Below are positions 48,662 to 59,933 of a stretch of 64,000 nucleotides of DNA, one piece after another. A model generated the notes under the pieces. The model was not told the DNA's origin. It saw nothing but the letters and a program-made list of their open reading frames with translations, and did no database searches. The stretch's first letter is position 1, and each line of letters begins with the position of its first letter. The position numbers were made by a program, and so were the translations under genes. The stretch comes from Bilabrum cf. latius (Eukaryota), in contig OZ237759.1 of the NCBI GenBank assembly GCA_965178125.1, positions 62,001 through 126,000 on the forward strand, read 5' to 3'.

Positions 48662-50788
48662 ATGTTTCGCCGTTTAGGTTTTGCATTGGGCCGGGTGTTG
48701 CGTTCGGCGAGCGCGGTCGCGGCAGCAGGACTGTTTCTGCCGAGATCATTTGGGTTTGATGCGTGGGAGTGCAAGGAACGAAGTCCAGAAGCAGGATCAT
48801 AGCTGCAGTCAAGGTCACCTGAGCGAGTCCTAGTTGACCTGCAGCAATACCTCAAATCGCGAGAGTTACCTGCGGCGGACGGGTCCTCCCGAACATTTCG
48901 GCAAGACCGAAGAGTGCAGAAAGGAGCCATGGTAGTCATGAGTGGGAATGCGCACCCGATTTTGGCGTCTGGCATTGGTGAGAGGCCTGTAGGCTATGCT
49001 AGCATAATTGCATCTTCAAATGCAATTGCGGCCTTTGGTACCCTACAAGAGAAATAAGCTGCATTTGGTGGCATTTAAACATGTTTAATCCATTATACTT
49101 CTATGAATTTCGCAGCTGACGCTCTCGGTGTGCCGCTGGCGGAGAGCAACGCCGGCACATTTGCGGACGGCGAGACGAGTGTCCGACTTGCTGCCAGTGT
49201 GCGCGGGAAAGACGTGTTCATCGTGCAGCCGACTTGTCCACCGGTCAGTGAAAACTTGATGGAACTGCTGCTTATGATCACGGCCGCTCGCCGGGCCTCT
49301 GCCGACTCGGTCACGGCCGTGATTCCATACTACGGCTACAAGCGCGATACTGGTCGTAACTATACGGCCATTGCCAATGAGCGGGCGTGGCTGAGGTCAA
49401 CTCTGCAAGAAGCTGCTTCGGCTCCGGGACGGGGGGACAAGGCCAGGGCCGTGTTTGGCAGCAAGACCCTCCCTGCCTCTCGGTCGCAGGGGCGGCGACA
49501 CAGGGGCAGCCGTCGGAACCTCAAGCAGCCTGAGGGCACCGCTAAAGCCGGCACTGCGGGAGCTGCCACCGGCGGTGGCAAGTAGGAATCTCGCATGGTG
49601 GCAGGACGGGACGGGGGTGGTGCGGAGGATCAGGGGCATGGCAGCGGTTTGGATCCACTGGCAGGGACGGTGCTTCCTCACTCACCGTGGGAGGTGGTGC
49701 TGCAGCTGCGGGCCGAGACAGAAACAGACGATGACGATGCGGAGACCGGCAGGGAACAGCCCGAGAGACACTCGGAGTTCTCGGACCAGGACCGGGACCA
49801 GGACCAGGACCCGAGGGAGGCCACCTTCAGGCACTCGGCCTAGAGCCAGCTAGACGCCCTCAGCAGCGTGCCCATCAGCGCCGCTGATGTGGCACACCTC
49901 CTCGAAGTCGCTGGCGTGGACGCGGTGCTGACCCTGGACCTGCAGCCCCCGGGTAGCGGGCAGGTAGAGGGCTTCTTCTCGCCCCGCACCGCCGTGGAGA
50001 GCCTCCGAGGCGCCCCGCTGGCCATCGACCACATCGTGCGGCATGGGCTGCAGCGGCCCGTTGTGGTGGCTCCCAACGAGACCTGCGTGCACCTGGCCAG
50101 GGACTTCAGGTCCGGCCTGCAGCAGCGGCTCAGGGAACAGGCGGAGGAGGAGGCGGCGCTGGCGGCCCGCCGGGCAGAAGTGCCCCCCGCCGAGGCGATG
50201 GCAGCGGCGCATGCGGTGGGCGAGGCAGCGGCGGAGGCGGTGGGCCTGGCCGTGGTGACCGAGTCCTCCCGCTCCGCGGGGGCCAACAGGTACGAGCACG
50301 AGGGCCCGGGGGAGCACGGCGCCGGCAGCCGGGATGTCCTCACCCTGAGTCTGTTGGGGGATGTGCGAGGCAGGGACGTAGTGGTCGTGGACGACATGGT
50401 GGATAGCGCGGGCACGCTGCTGCGCACGGTGCGGCTGCTCAAGCGCAAAGGAGCGCGGCGGGTGCTCGCCTTCGCGACGCACGGGGTCTTTTCCGGGGAG
50501 GCTCTGCGGAGAATCTCGCAGTCTCCGTTGGAAGAAATGCTCGTGACGGACTCAGTCCCACTCGTTCGCCGGGGAGACGCGCACCAGCGCAAGCTCGCGG
50601 CAGCATCGTGCCGCAAGATTTCGCAGCTTTCTTGCGCACCCTTGCTCGCCGAAGCCATGGCGAGGATGCACTGCTCCGACTCCCTGTAGCACCTCAGGGT
50701 GTACGATGGGGAAAACTACGACCCGTTGCGGCTTTCCGAAGAGTATCCGGCGGCGGAGGGAGACGAAGGTGAAGTGGCTAGGGCGTGA
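48662..50788 (+). CDS. PRPS: Ribose-phosphate pyrophosphokinase family protein with presequence-like N-terminus and large insertions
   Basis: VMSGNAHPILA, FADGETSV, VRGKDVFIVQPTCPPVSENLMELLLMITAARRASA, VTAVIPYYGY, GDVRGRDVVVVDDMVDSAGTL, AFATHGVFSG. Intron 48978..49115. TAG at 48800, 49583, 49841, 50687. Ends TGA. Confidence 0.88.
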
Positions 50789-51304
50789 TGCATTGCACGT
50801 TTATATTATTTGCTTGTCACCGGTCCAACGTTGATGCGCTCTCACACGGGAGATGAATTTTCAATGAATTAGTCTTTATCCAAACATGCAATTGTTAGTG
50901 TCAATAGTGGGCACGCAATTTCGCTGCCGCAATGCTAGCAAAGCGGGTTCCACCCGAGTACGCTTTCTACGGCCTAGTCTTGTTCAGGGACCGCGACTGG
51001 GGACGCTGTGCCGCTTCCCGTATTAGCAACTATATGAGCCGCTATGCAACGCTTTTGTTGCTGGCTGCTGGAGTGCGACTGTGGCACCCAGGCTGATCTA
51101 CCGTGCTTGTGGATCACGCTGACGGCATGTCGCCAACGAATCCCCTGCTATTTTGGGGCTGCCATGCATCGAACACAGCCATCCGTACAATGAATTGCAT
51201 CATGAGCTCGTGAATTTTCCAGCAAGGCGGGTCGATTTGACATGCGGGTCCCTGAAAGCTTCCCAAGTCACTAATGCTGGACTCCGCGCCCTGTTCGCGC
51301 TTTA

Positions 51305-51754
51305 TCAAGCCTCCATTGGCACGTAGCCCGCAAGCGTCAAGCCAGTCATGAGCAGAGATGATGCAACCACAAATGCTGCCGCAGAAAACGCCATGTCTCC
51401 CCAGCCGATGCCATGCTGGCGCAGGCGGTACGACGCTTCCCCAGAGGTAACCTTGAAAGAACGGCTCGCAGCCTGTGCGGTTGCCCGTCCCCACACGACA
51501 GCCGCAGCAGCCCCAAAGAAAAATACTAAGGGAAAAAATACCGCCACTGCTGTGTCAATCGGCATGTTGAGGACCTGATTCGTTGGGGGGAAAGCTTCGG
51601 CGGAAACCGCGGGGGCGTAGTTCAAGAGAACTGGAGGCGTCGGCTTGCCTGCGATGTACGAAGACATCACCATAGCGCACAAACCCAGTGCAACACACTG
51701 AACTGTGGCGATGAAGGAATGCCTGCTGATTCCAAAGTACGTGGTTGTCGTCAT
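51305..51754 (-). CDS. Small hypothetical membrane protein (149 aa, ~3 hydrophobic helices)
   Basis: ATG-to-TGA ORF with hydrophobic stretches (FIATVQCVALGLCAMVMSSYI, AVAVFFPLVFFFGAAAAVVW, MAFSAAAFVVASSLLMTGLTLAGY). Lies head-to-head with the kinase at the spacing typical of this window. Confidence 0.6.
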   Translation of the reverse strand: MTTTTYFGISRHSFIATVQCVALGLCAMVMSSYIAGKPTPPVLLNYAPAVSAEAFPPTNQVLNMPIDTAVAVFFPLVFFFGAAAAVVWGRATAQAASRSFKVTSGEASYRLRQHGIGWGDMAFSAAAFVVASSLLMTGLTLAGYVPMEA

Positions 51755-51913
51755 GCCTCAAGATTTGTGTTCGACCAAAGCCGCCCCGAAAATTCTTGAT
51801 TTTTGTGTCGGCGTTTTGTAACGAATAGATTTGCACCAGCGACCACTCGTCACATAGAGTGTTGCGACCAAGAGCCGTTGGCGAGCACCCTTTTCTGGTA
51901 ACACGGGCCGGTC

Positions 51914-54900
51914 ATGGCCGCTGCAAGCCTCTTTGGCCAGCGTCCACGCACATCTGTTGGAATACGCTCGCGATACGCTCGTGCTCCGCCGGCTTCTGTG
52001 CGTGCACGGGGAAGCACCAGCCAGTACAAGCGGCGGGTTGGATCAAAGCAGCAGAAATCTCGGTATAGAACGGATGCACCGCAGCAGTCCAGGCGGACTC
52101 GGCAGGAGACAATAACTGGCGATGGTAGTGGCGCAGGGGCGCGCCACGGCGCGCGCAAAGATTCAGCTGGAGTCGCGCCGCCGAAGACGGTCGGCTAGTA
52201 CAAAATTGGTCAGTGAGACACATGCACCCCGGCGTGCTAGCTGGAGTACGGCCGAATGTCCTAGACTGCTACCGGTTGCCTTGGCCTGCCCCGGTATAGT
52301 GCTTCCGTGAAGCTGCCTCGCACTCGAACGTGATCCGGTGCTGCCCATGTCTCATCTCGCAGCACTCTTGGCGAAGGCACGTTTGGAAAGGTAAAATTGG
52401 GCACCCATTTGCTGACTGGAGAGAGCGTTGCCATTAAAGTGCTCATGAAGGAACGAATCAAGACACCTGCCGACGTAGAGCGCGTGGCTAGGGAGATCAA
52501 GATTCTCAAGCGCCTGTCGCACCCGTGCGTCGCGGAGTTGTTCGAAGTGGTCGATACGCAGCACCACATATTGCTAGTGATGGAGCACGTGCCGGATGGC
52601 GAGCTGTTTGGGTACATCTGTCGTCACAAGCGGCTGAGCGAGCCGGTGGCGTGCCGCTTGCTGCACGACATCTGCGACGCCCTCGACCACATCCACAGGA
52701 GCGGTGTCTCCCACAGGGACCTCAAGCCGGAGAACATCCTGCTGCAGAGGAAACCGTCCGGGGGATACCGCTGCAAGCTCATCGATTTCGGGCTGGGAAA
52801 CACCTTCCGGCCGGGGCAGGTGCTCAAGACAGCGTGCGGGAGCCCCTGCTACGCCGCTCCCGAGCTGGTCAAGAACGTGCTGTGTAAGCAATGCAATGCA
52901 ATGCAATGCAATGTGATGCAATTCGGTGCCGTTGGGGGTGCGGTGGAGAGGGGGAGGGGATATATGTGGACACGGAGCCGAGTCTGTTCCATCCGACGCG
53001 AGCCAAACCTCCTCGCCTGCTCGCCTGCTGGCCCCGCTGGCACCTGGATTATTCCAGTGGCCCCGCTCGTGCCTCCTTTATCTTCGAGTCATCCATGCCT
53101 CTTCTCGCTTTGTCTTGCATCTTATCGCAGACGACGGTGCACGCAGCGACATTTGGTCGCTGGGCGTCGTGCTCTTCGCCATGGTGGCCGGCTTCCTCCC
53201 CTTCGAGCACGAAAACACAGCCAAGCTCTACGACAAGATCCTGCACGCGCGCTACTCACCGCCCTCCCACCTCTCCCCCATGTGCAGAGACCTCATCGCG
53301 CGCATGCTCACGGTAGACCCCAGGCGGCGCATAGACGAGGCCGGAATCAGGGCACACCCCTGGTACAGGGCAGTGGACGTGCCCCCGCAGCCCGCACTGC
53401 ACCGCCCCCGCGCCCTGCACGATCTGGACCCCCGTGCGGTGGACGAGGTACTGGCCCTGGGTATCGGGGAGCAGGAGCTGGCAGCGGGGGTGGCTGCCGG
53501 GGCGCACAACCACGCGACTGCAGCGTACGCCCTGGTGAGGCGGCAGCTGGCTGGATCCTCTGGGGATGCCTCCGGGGCGGGGGGCAGGCTGTCGGCCCTG
53601 GAGGGGGCCACCAGGAGCAGGGGCAGACCGAGCACCGCGGATCCCACGGGGGCGGGGTGGGCACCCCGGGGGAGAGAGGGGGTGCCTGCGGGGGAGCGTG
53701 CGCACGTTGCCTCGGAAACAGCCGCGCGTCGGGGGGAGGAGCGCGAGCGAGAGCACTAGGGGGATGTCCGTGGGGATGGGGTGGCGGGCGGTCGGGAGGA
53801 TCCTGGCGATACGGGCTACAGCTCTGTGAGCAGGGCAACGGCCCGTAGCACAGTGGGGGCGGGGGCTGGTGGCACCCGGCCCCGCACTGTGGGCGCAGGT
53901 GCCACCCGGGGTCGTGTTGGGACTGGCACGGACATTTTTGGACGGCGCATCGGGGGTGGGGCGGGAGTGCCTGGCGTGCGGGGTGGTGACCAGACGCAGG
54001 GAAACGGGCAGGTGCAGGGGGGAACACAGCCCTCTGATCGCGGGGCAGGTGTGGCCGCAGATCTGCGGGGCCTCGCTGCCGAGATTAGCCCGGGGTCCAC
54101 CCGAGCCACCAGTCCCAGGGCCCGAGACGTGCTGGATGGGGATGTCTCCGACGAGGAGCAGGACGAGGACAAGGGCGATGGGGGGTCCGTGGCTCGCGGG
54201 GAACATCTCGTCGGTGCGCGGCGAGTGCCGTCACCCGGCCTCAGTCTGGCGGGGGGTCTGCAGGGGGGGCGGCGGGACAGGCGAACCGCAGGAAGGGACG
54301 GAGCCGCAGGGGCGGGGCAGGGGGCGGGAGACAGACCCGTGACCGCTGGAGCCACAGTCATGCGTGGCCGGGCCGGGGGGCGTGCACCCCATCGAGAAGC
54401 GGCCCGTGTATCCGAGAGCAAAGGGGCGAGGGACCGAGGGGAAGGACCCGGCGCGCCTTCCACCTGGGGCTTCGCCGAGGATGCCGATGGAGAGTCGGGG
54501 CAGCCAGTAGAGGCTGGCCTGCGGGAGTCCGCGCTGGGGTCTACCGTGGGTGCTGCCACAACAAGGGGCACGGTGGCGGGGGCTGGAGCTGGAGCTGAGG
54601 TTTTGGAGGATAGTGGGAGGAACGTGCGCTCTGTACTGCTGGAGTCTATGGGGAACACAGAGCTGGAAGCAGGCAGTCGCCAGCAGCAGGAGAGGTAGCA
54701 CCATCAGCAGGCCCCCCCCAGCGGGCACACCCCGCCCCGGGGACTGCCCTCCTCCACGGGCTCCTCCACCTCTGGTCCTGCCGTGCCACTGCCCCAGGGA
54801 CCCCCCTCCTCCCCCTCCTCTGGTGGCGAGACAAGGACCAGAGGAGTGGGCAGCATGGACAGCGTCACCAGGGGGGAAGCTCTCGTTGACACACCGAGAG

Positions 54901-57392
54901 TTGCCACCGCTCCCGGTCCCCTTCCGCACCCCGTGTCCTCCACTGAGAGCGTGGACGTGCGGTCGCCCTCCACCGAGGAACAGGCCCTCGGCAGCGGGAC
55001 GCAGGTGCCAGCGGCAGTTGGGGGCACCACCGACGAGCCGCACTCGCAGGCCCCCGCCTCGAGGGCGCCCCGGCCTCCATAGCCCCGCACCCCTGACCGC
55101 AGGCCCCAGCCGTAGAGCTCCAGCGGATCAGCGCCGGGGCCGCAGCACCGCGCCGCCCGACTGATGCCTCCAGCCGAGCGCGGGGACAGCCAGGCGCGCG
55201 GGGCAGTGGGCAGGCATCGACCGGGGCGGCGGTTGGTGCTCCGTTCCGGTCGGGATGATTCGGCTGATGGCACCGATCGGGAGCATGAGCCGGGAGAGGC
55301 GACACAACTTGAAGGAATGGAAGCGGGAGGCGCCGCATCCCCTGGTGCAGTTGGGGGGTTCAAGTCGATGACTCCAAAGGGAGACTCGAGCACCCGGCGG
55401 AGGGTCGGGTCCCAGGACTGGGCCTTGCCGTCAGACAGGCACGGGCACGGACAGGGGCGCGGGCCCGGCGAGCAGACCCATGCAGCAGCCAGCGGCAGCA
55501 GACAACCCCCGTCCCCGAGTGCAGCGCGGCACCTGCGCGGAATCGGTATGCAGATGCAGGGTCCGGTAGCTCGCCAGCCGCTGCGAGCGTGGGACGACGA
55601 GGCGCCCTCGTCACATCGAGAGGGTGCCGCAGCCGCCGCCGTGCCATTGACCGATGAGCAGCAGGCCGGCGTGCCTCCCTTGCCCATCGGGCCATGGGCT
55701 GCCCCCGAGGATGCGTCTGCGGGCATGGTCAGAGGGGAGCGGGCGGTGCACTCGGCTCGGGCTCCGGGGCATGGCCACGCGCGGGGATAGAGCGGAGAGA
55801 GCCATGGGAGTGGGGAGTCGGGGCACAAGAGTGCGCGGGCGAGGCGGGGCCAAGGGTACGGACAGGGACAGGGGCAGGGACAGGGAGGGAGGAGGAGGAA
55901 GGGCTCGCCCCGGGCCGGAGCTCTACTGGCTGGCCCGTGGGCGGGCGTGTCTCGCAAGGTGGTCGTGCCCAAGCCAGGGCACCAGGGGGGGTACGGGTAT
56001 GTCCGCTCCTCCGGGTATGGCCAGGGCCAAGGCAGGAAGGGACAGCATGAGGGAGATGAAGACGAGGATCTCGGTATCGGTAACGATCGGTCACAAGTAG
56101 GTCTGGAGTAGAGTGAGAGAGGCCCGAACTAGTCATCCAGCCGCAGTCGGAGTCGCAGGGGCAGCGGGCGCAAGAAGGCCCGCAAGGCCTCGGGTAAGGG
56201 TAAGGGCAGCCGGTCGGTATCTCCTCGCGCGCGGGGGCGGGCCGCCGGGCCTAGGAGGGATCGGCTGTCGTCCATGGGCAGCCAGCAATCTTCGAAGGAG
56301 AGCGCGCTGTCACATGGACAGGGGCAGGGGCAGGGGCGAGGGCAGGATGTGGCCGCGGGTGGGCGAGGCATCGCGGCCCGGGCCTCGCCGAGGGCGCAGG
56401 CGGCGCTACCGGGGGGCCGGCGGGCCCGTTCGGTGTCCCCTAGGGCGCGGCGGGGGGCAGAGTCGGGGGTCGGCTGGAATGGCCCTCGGGAGCAATCGGC
56501 AGACGCAGAAACGTACCATCGGCCTGGCAGCGCGCGAGCATTGGAGGACCGGGGGAGGCAGCGGGCCCTGCGGCAGAGGCAGGCGCTGCATGTGGCCGCC
56601 TCGAGGGCCCCTCCAGGGGTGGAGGTGCGGGGGACATCCTCGGGACACGCTGCATTTGTGTATCCGAGTCGGGGAGCCGCGGGCGGCCCCGGGCCCAGCG
56701 TGCCCGGTACAGGTGGAGGAATCGGAATCGGAATCGGCGCGGGGCGGTACTCGGCATACGGGGGCGGTCCCCATGGTGGGGTCACGCCCGGGTCCTCGTT
56801 CGCCCCGGGGTCATTGGGGCTGCCGGGGGGCAGGCGGGTGATGCCAGCAGCAGCAATCGCTGCCTCCAGGGGGGCAGCAGAGGCAGGGGTGCCCAGCCAG
56901 CACCGCACGGATGTGGGTGCGCGGACGGGGGCTGGCATGCCCAGGCCGCCGGTACGGGCGGGTGCGGGTGCGGGTGCAGGGGCGGGGGCTGGTGGAGGGA
57001 CCGGGCATGCAGGGGCGGGGGGCCGGCCTGGGCGGCGCCTTGTGTCAGCGGGAGGTCGGCGACCTGGGCATGGGGCGGGTGTGACGAATGCGAGCCGCCC
57101 ACAGACGTCTCACGGGCACCACCACGGGCACGGGCATGGGGCTGGTCCGTGGGTGCCCTCGTCACACGGAGGGGGCGGCCCGACGAGGGTGCAGGAAGTG
57201 ACTCCCTGGGGAACAGAGGCGATCGGGAGCAGCAGAAACTAGTAGGCAGTGGGCGAGGACTACAGACTCGTGGTGGGGGGCGGGCAGGACGGATCGGGCA
57301 CGGGCAAAGGAGCTGCTTCGCGACTGATGGCTAGGCCGGGGGGGAGGGACAGCGGCGGGACGGGGGGGACGTACAGTGCCGTGGTCCATTGA
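51914..57392 (+). CDS. SNF1/AMPK/MARK-family (CAMKL) Ser/Thr kinase with UBA-like segment and very long disordered tail, ~1,690 aa
   Basis: KTVG(TAG)YKIGH|TLGEGTFGKVKLG, VAIKVL, HRDLKPENILL, DFGLG, LKTACGSPCYAAPE, Y|DGARSDIWSLGV. Introns 52213..52362 and 52884..53130. Ten TAGs (52196, 53757, 54696, 55080, 55113, 55788, 56109, 56130, 57240, 57243). First TGA at 57390. The kinase domain is certain, the extent of the tail less so. Confidence 0.85.
52888..52922 (+). repeat. (GCAAT)n pentamer microsatellite in kinase intron 2
   Basis: GCAATGCAATGCAATGCAATGCAATGTGATGCAA directly after the GTAAG donor. Confidence 0.85.
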
Positions 57393-57688
57393 ACATGAAC
57401 CTAGAGGTGTTGAGGCGTGTCCGGTGATAATGATTGATCCGCACGAATCTGACCGATTGGCAGGCGATGGACTGCAGCATCCGTTGCAGCTTGCGCGATA
57501 CTCTGTGGCTCGGAGGCGGAGCAGGCAACCGGGCAGCCGCCATACCAGCCTGGTGCTGGTGCGACGCAGCTGTAGCAGCTTCAACGGCACCAGCCCACCA
57601 GTGTGCCCGGAGTATAATTCATTGCACTGCTGTGCTACCCATGTGGCAACTGCACAGCGCGCAGAGCTTGTTGCGCTTGTCTTGAAGG

Positions 57689-59617
57689 ATGCGGTCTTTG
57701 GTATTTGCCGCCGCACTAATTGGAGCGCTAACTTGCTTCTCAGGCGCCTCGCCCCTGCCCGACCGAGCCGCGCTTGCATCCATCATCAACGGTACACTCC
57801 AAGGATCCACCTCTCCGCGAGAGCATTCACTCTCCGGCAAATACCCCGCAACACCCCTAGACACGTACGTTACCAAGAAAGATCCTGCCTTTCATTGGAA
57901 CCTCGCGCCAACATGGTCAAAGAAGGGCGACGGGTGGTCGGCAGTGCTGCTAAATGTAACATCGCAGAGCTGGCTGAATTCTAGCGCTTGGAGCTACTCA
58001 GACGGCGCCCCTGGTGGTAAATGGTGGCACCACGTTCTTGTTGTAGTTCCTGATAAGCTGGTAGTCACTGATACGGCGTTTGTATGGATTGGAGAGGACG
58101 ACAACGCGCCATCGCAGCACCCGGACGACGGTGGCTTGGACCTGACCGTCGCCACGACGGTGGCAACGCGGATCGGGGCCGTGGCAGCCGCTTGCTACTT
58201 CATTCCAAACCAGCCGGTGAAGTTCTCGTCCGAAACCCCTGTGCCCCGGTCCCGCGAGGAGGACGAGGTGATCGCTTGGGGATGGCACGAGTTCATTTCC
58301 AAGGGGCAGTCCACTGACTGGATCCTCCGTCTCCCAATGACCAAGGGCGTGTTTGCTGCCATGGATGCTGTGGAGGCGTACACCGCTTCGGAGGACTACC
58401 GCACGCGATTCGCAGCGCCGCTTGCTCACGCCGCCACACTACGCTCCAACAGTGGCGCCGAATCCGAGTCTAAGGCGACAGATCCGGATCCGGTGTCCCG
58501 CTGGATCGTGTCAGGTGCCTCCAAGCGAGGGTGGACCACCTGGACGGTGGCGGCCGTGGACCAGGCGCTGTCTTCCCCCCGTGTGATCGGCATGATCCCG
58601 GTTGTCATGGATCTCTTGCAGATGTAGCGCTCCTTGCACCACGACTACCGCTCCCAGGGCGGATGGTCCTTCGCGTTCAAGCCCTACTACGAGGCCCCCG
58701 TCAATTTAACGGAGCTGTTGGACTCCGAGGGTGTGGCGAGGCTCGCAGCAGTGAGCGATCCGTACGTCTACATCGACCGCTATGCCAATCTTCCAAAACT
58801 GGTTATGAACGCGCTAGGGGATGAGTTCTTTTCCCTGGACAACGACATGTTTTGGTTCGATGATCTGCCCGGGGAGAAGTTCCGGCTCATGCTCCCCAAC
58901 GCCGAGCACTCTCTGGCCACCGCCGAGCAGCAGGCAATCGACGGCGCGGCTGCCTTCAGCCTGGCAGTGGTGCACGACCTACCCCGCCCCTCCCCCTCCT
59001 GGCAGTTCTCCGGGCCCAGGCCAGAGGGGGCGCCCGTTCCTCCGGGCGGATTTCCCAGTTACGGGACCGGCGCCGCGTCAGGTGACCTCACGTTCCGCTG
59101 CCAGGGCGAGGGCGCGCAAGGAGGGGCACGGCCAGGGGCCCAAGTTGAAGCTGCTTCCCCCACCAATGTGACCGCGTGGTTCGCATATTCTGCCAGTGGC
59201 ACAGGCAGGAGGGACTTCAGGTTGGCAGCGGGGTATCCCAAGACGGAGCCGCAGCTGGTGCTCTGGCTGCCGTACGACCTGACCGGGTCACCCAGCGGGC
59301 CCTGCGAGTGGAAGGCGCAGGCCCCCGAGGAGCAGAAGGGGCAGTGGGGCGGGCTCATCATCGACACACGGTTCCCCCTGCAGTCGGGATGCGGCAAAGC
59401 GGGTCAAGGCGTCAGGGGCGCGGCCACTCGGCCTGCCAACGAGGGTGGTGCCGCTGCGCTGGACACGTCGTGCCTCGCGCCAGGGGCGGCCATGGTGCTG
59501 CGGAGAGCGGTCGAGGCCGGGCTGGAGTTCGATATCACCAGCACCGTGTCAATCACGCCAGCGACATACCCTTTCCCGGACTGCAAAGGCAGCACCTGCA
59601 AAGGCAAGCTCCTGTGA
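57689..59617 (+). CDS. Secreted PqaA/AprA-family (PhoPQ-activated pathogenicity-related) alpha/beta-hydrolase-like protein
   Basis: Signal peptide MRSLVFAAALIGALTCFSGA. Motifs TPLDTYV, LNVTSQSWL, IPNQP, REEDEVIAWGW, LPMTK, VSGASKRGWTTW, MDLLQM(TAG)RSLHH, GDEFF, LPNAEHS. TAG at 58625. Ends TGA. Confidence 0.85.
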
Positions 59618-59933
59618 GCCACAGGCCGTGCGGCTGTGAGAGCGCGTGTGGAGCTGCGCAAATTCACACGACGGGATCATCGACGGTGGGGCTGAACCGG
59701 CCATCGCACACCCTTCCCCGGCTACAGAAGACCACGCGATTGTCATGTTGCCTCCCGTTATTTTAGGGTAATTGCGGTTGCTACTACTGCGAGCACTCGA
59801 CCTGCCCGATTTGAAGAAGCAACTTTTGCCAACTCCACGATGCTTTACATGTGCGGATGATTCTCGAGCTCCAAATTCGTACACACACTGGCAAACCATG
59901 TCAGTCCATTCAATTCACGTGCTGCAGCTGCTT

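Noticed and set aside
57240-57245. TAG-TAG as a genuine double stop ending the kinase gene
   Set aside because: The frame continues with the same Gly-rich composition to a TGA at 57390, and an internal TAG-TAG occurs mid-gene at 40388. Context-dependent termination cannot be fully excluded without 3' end data.
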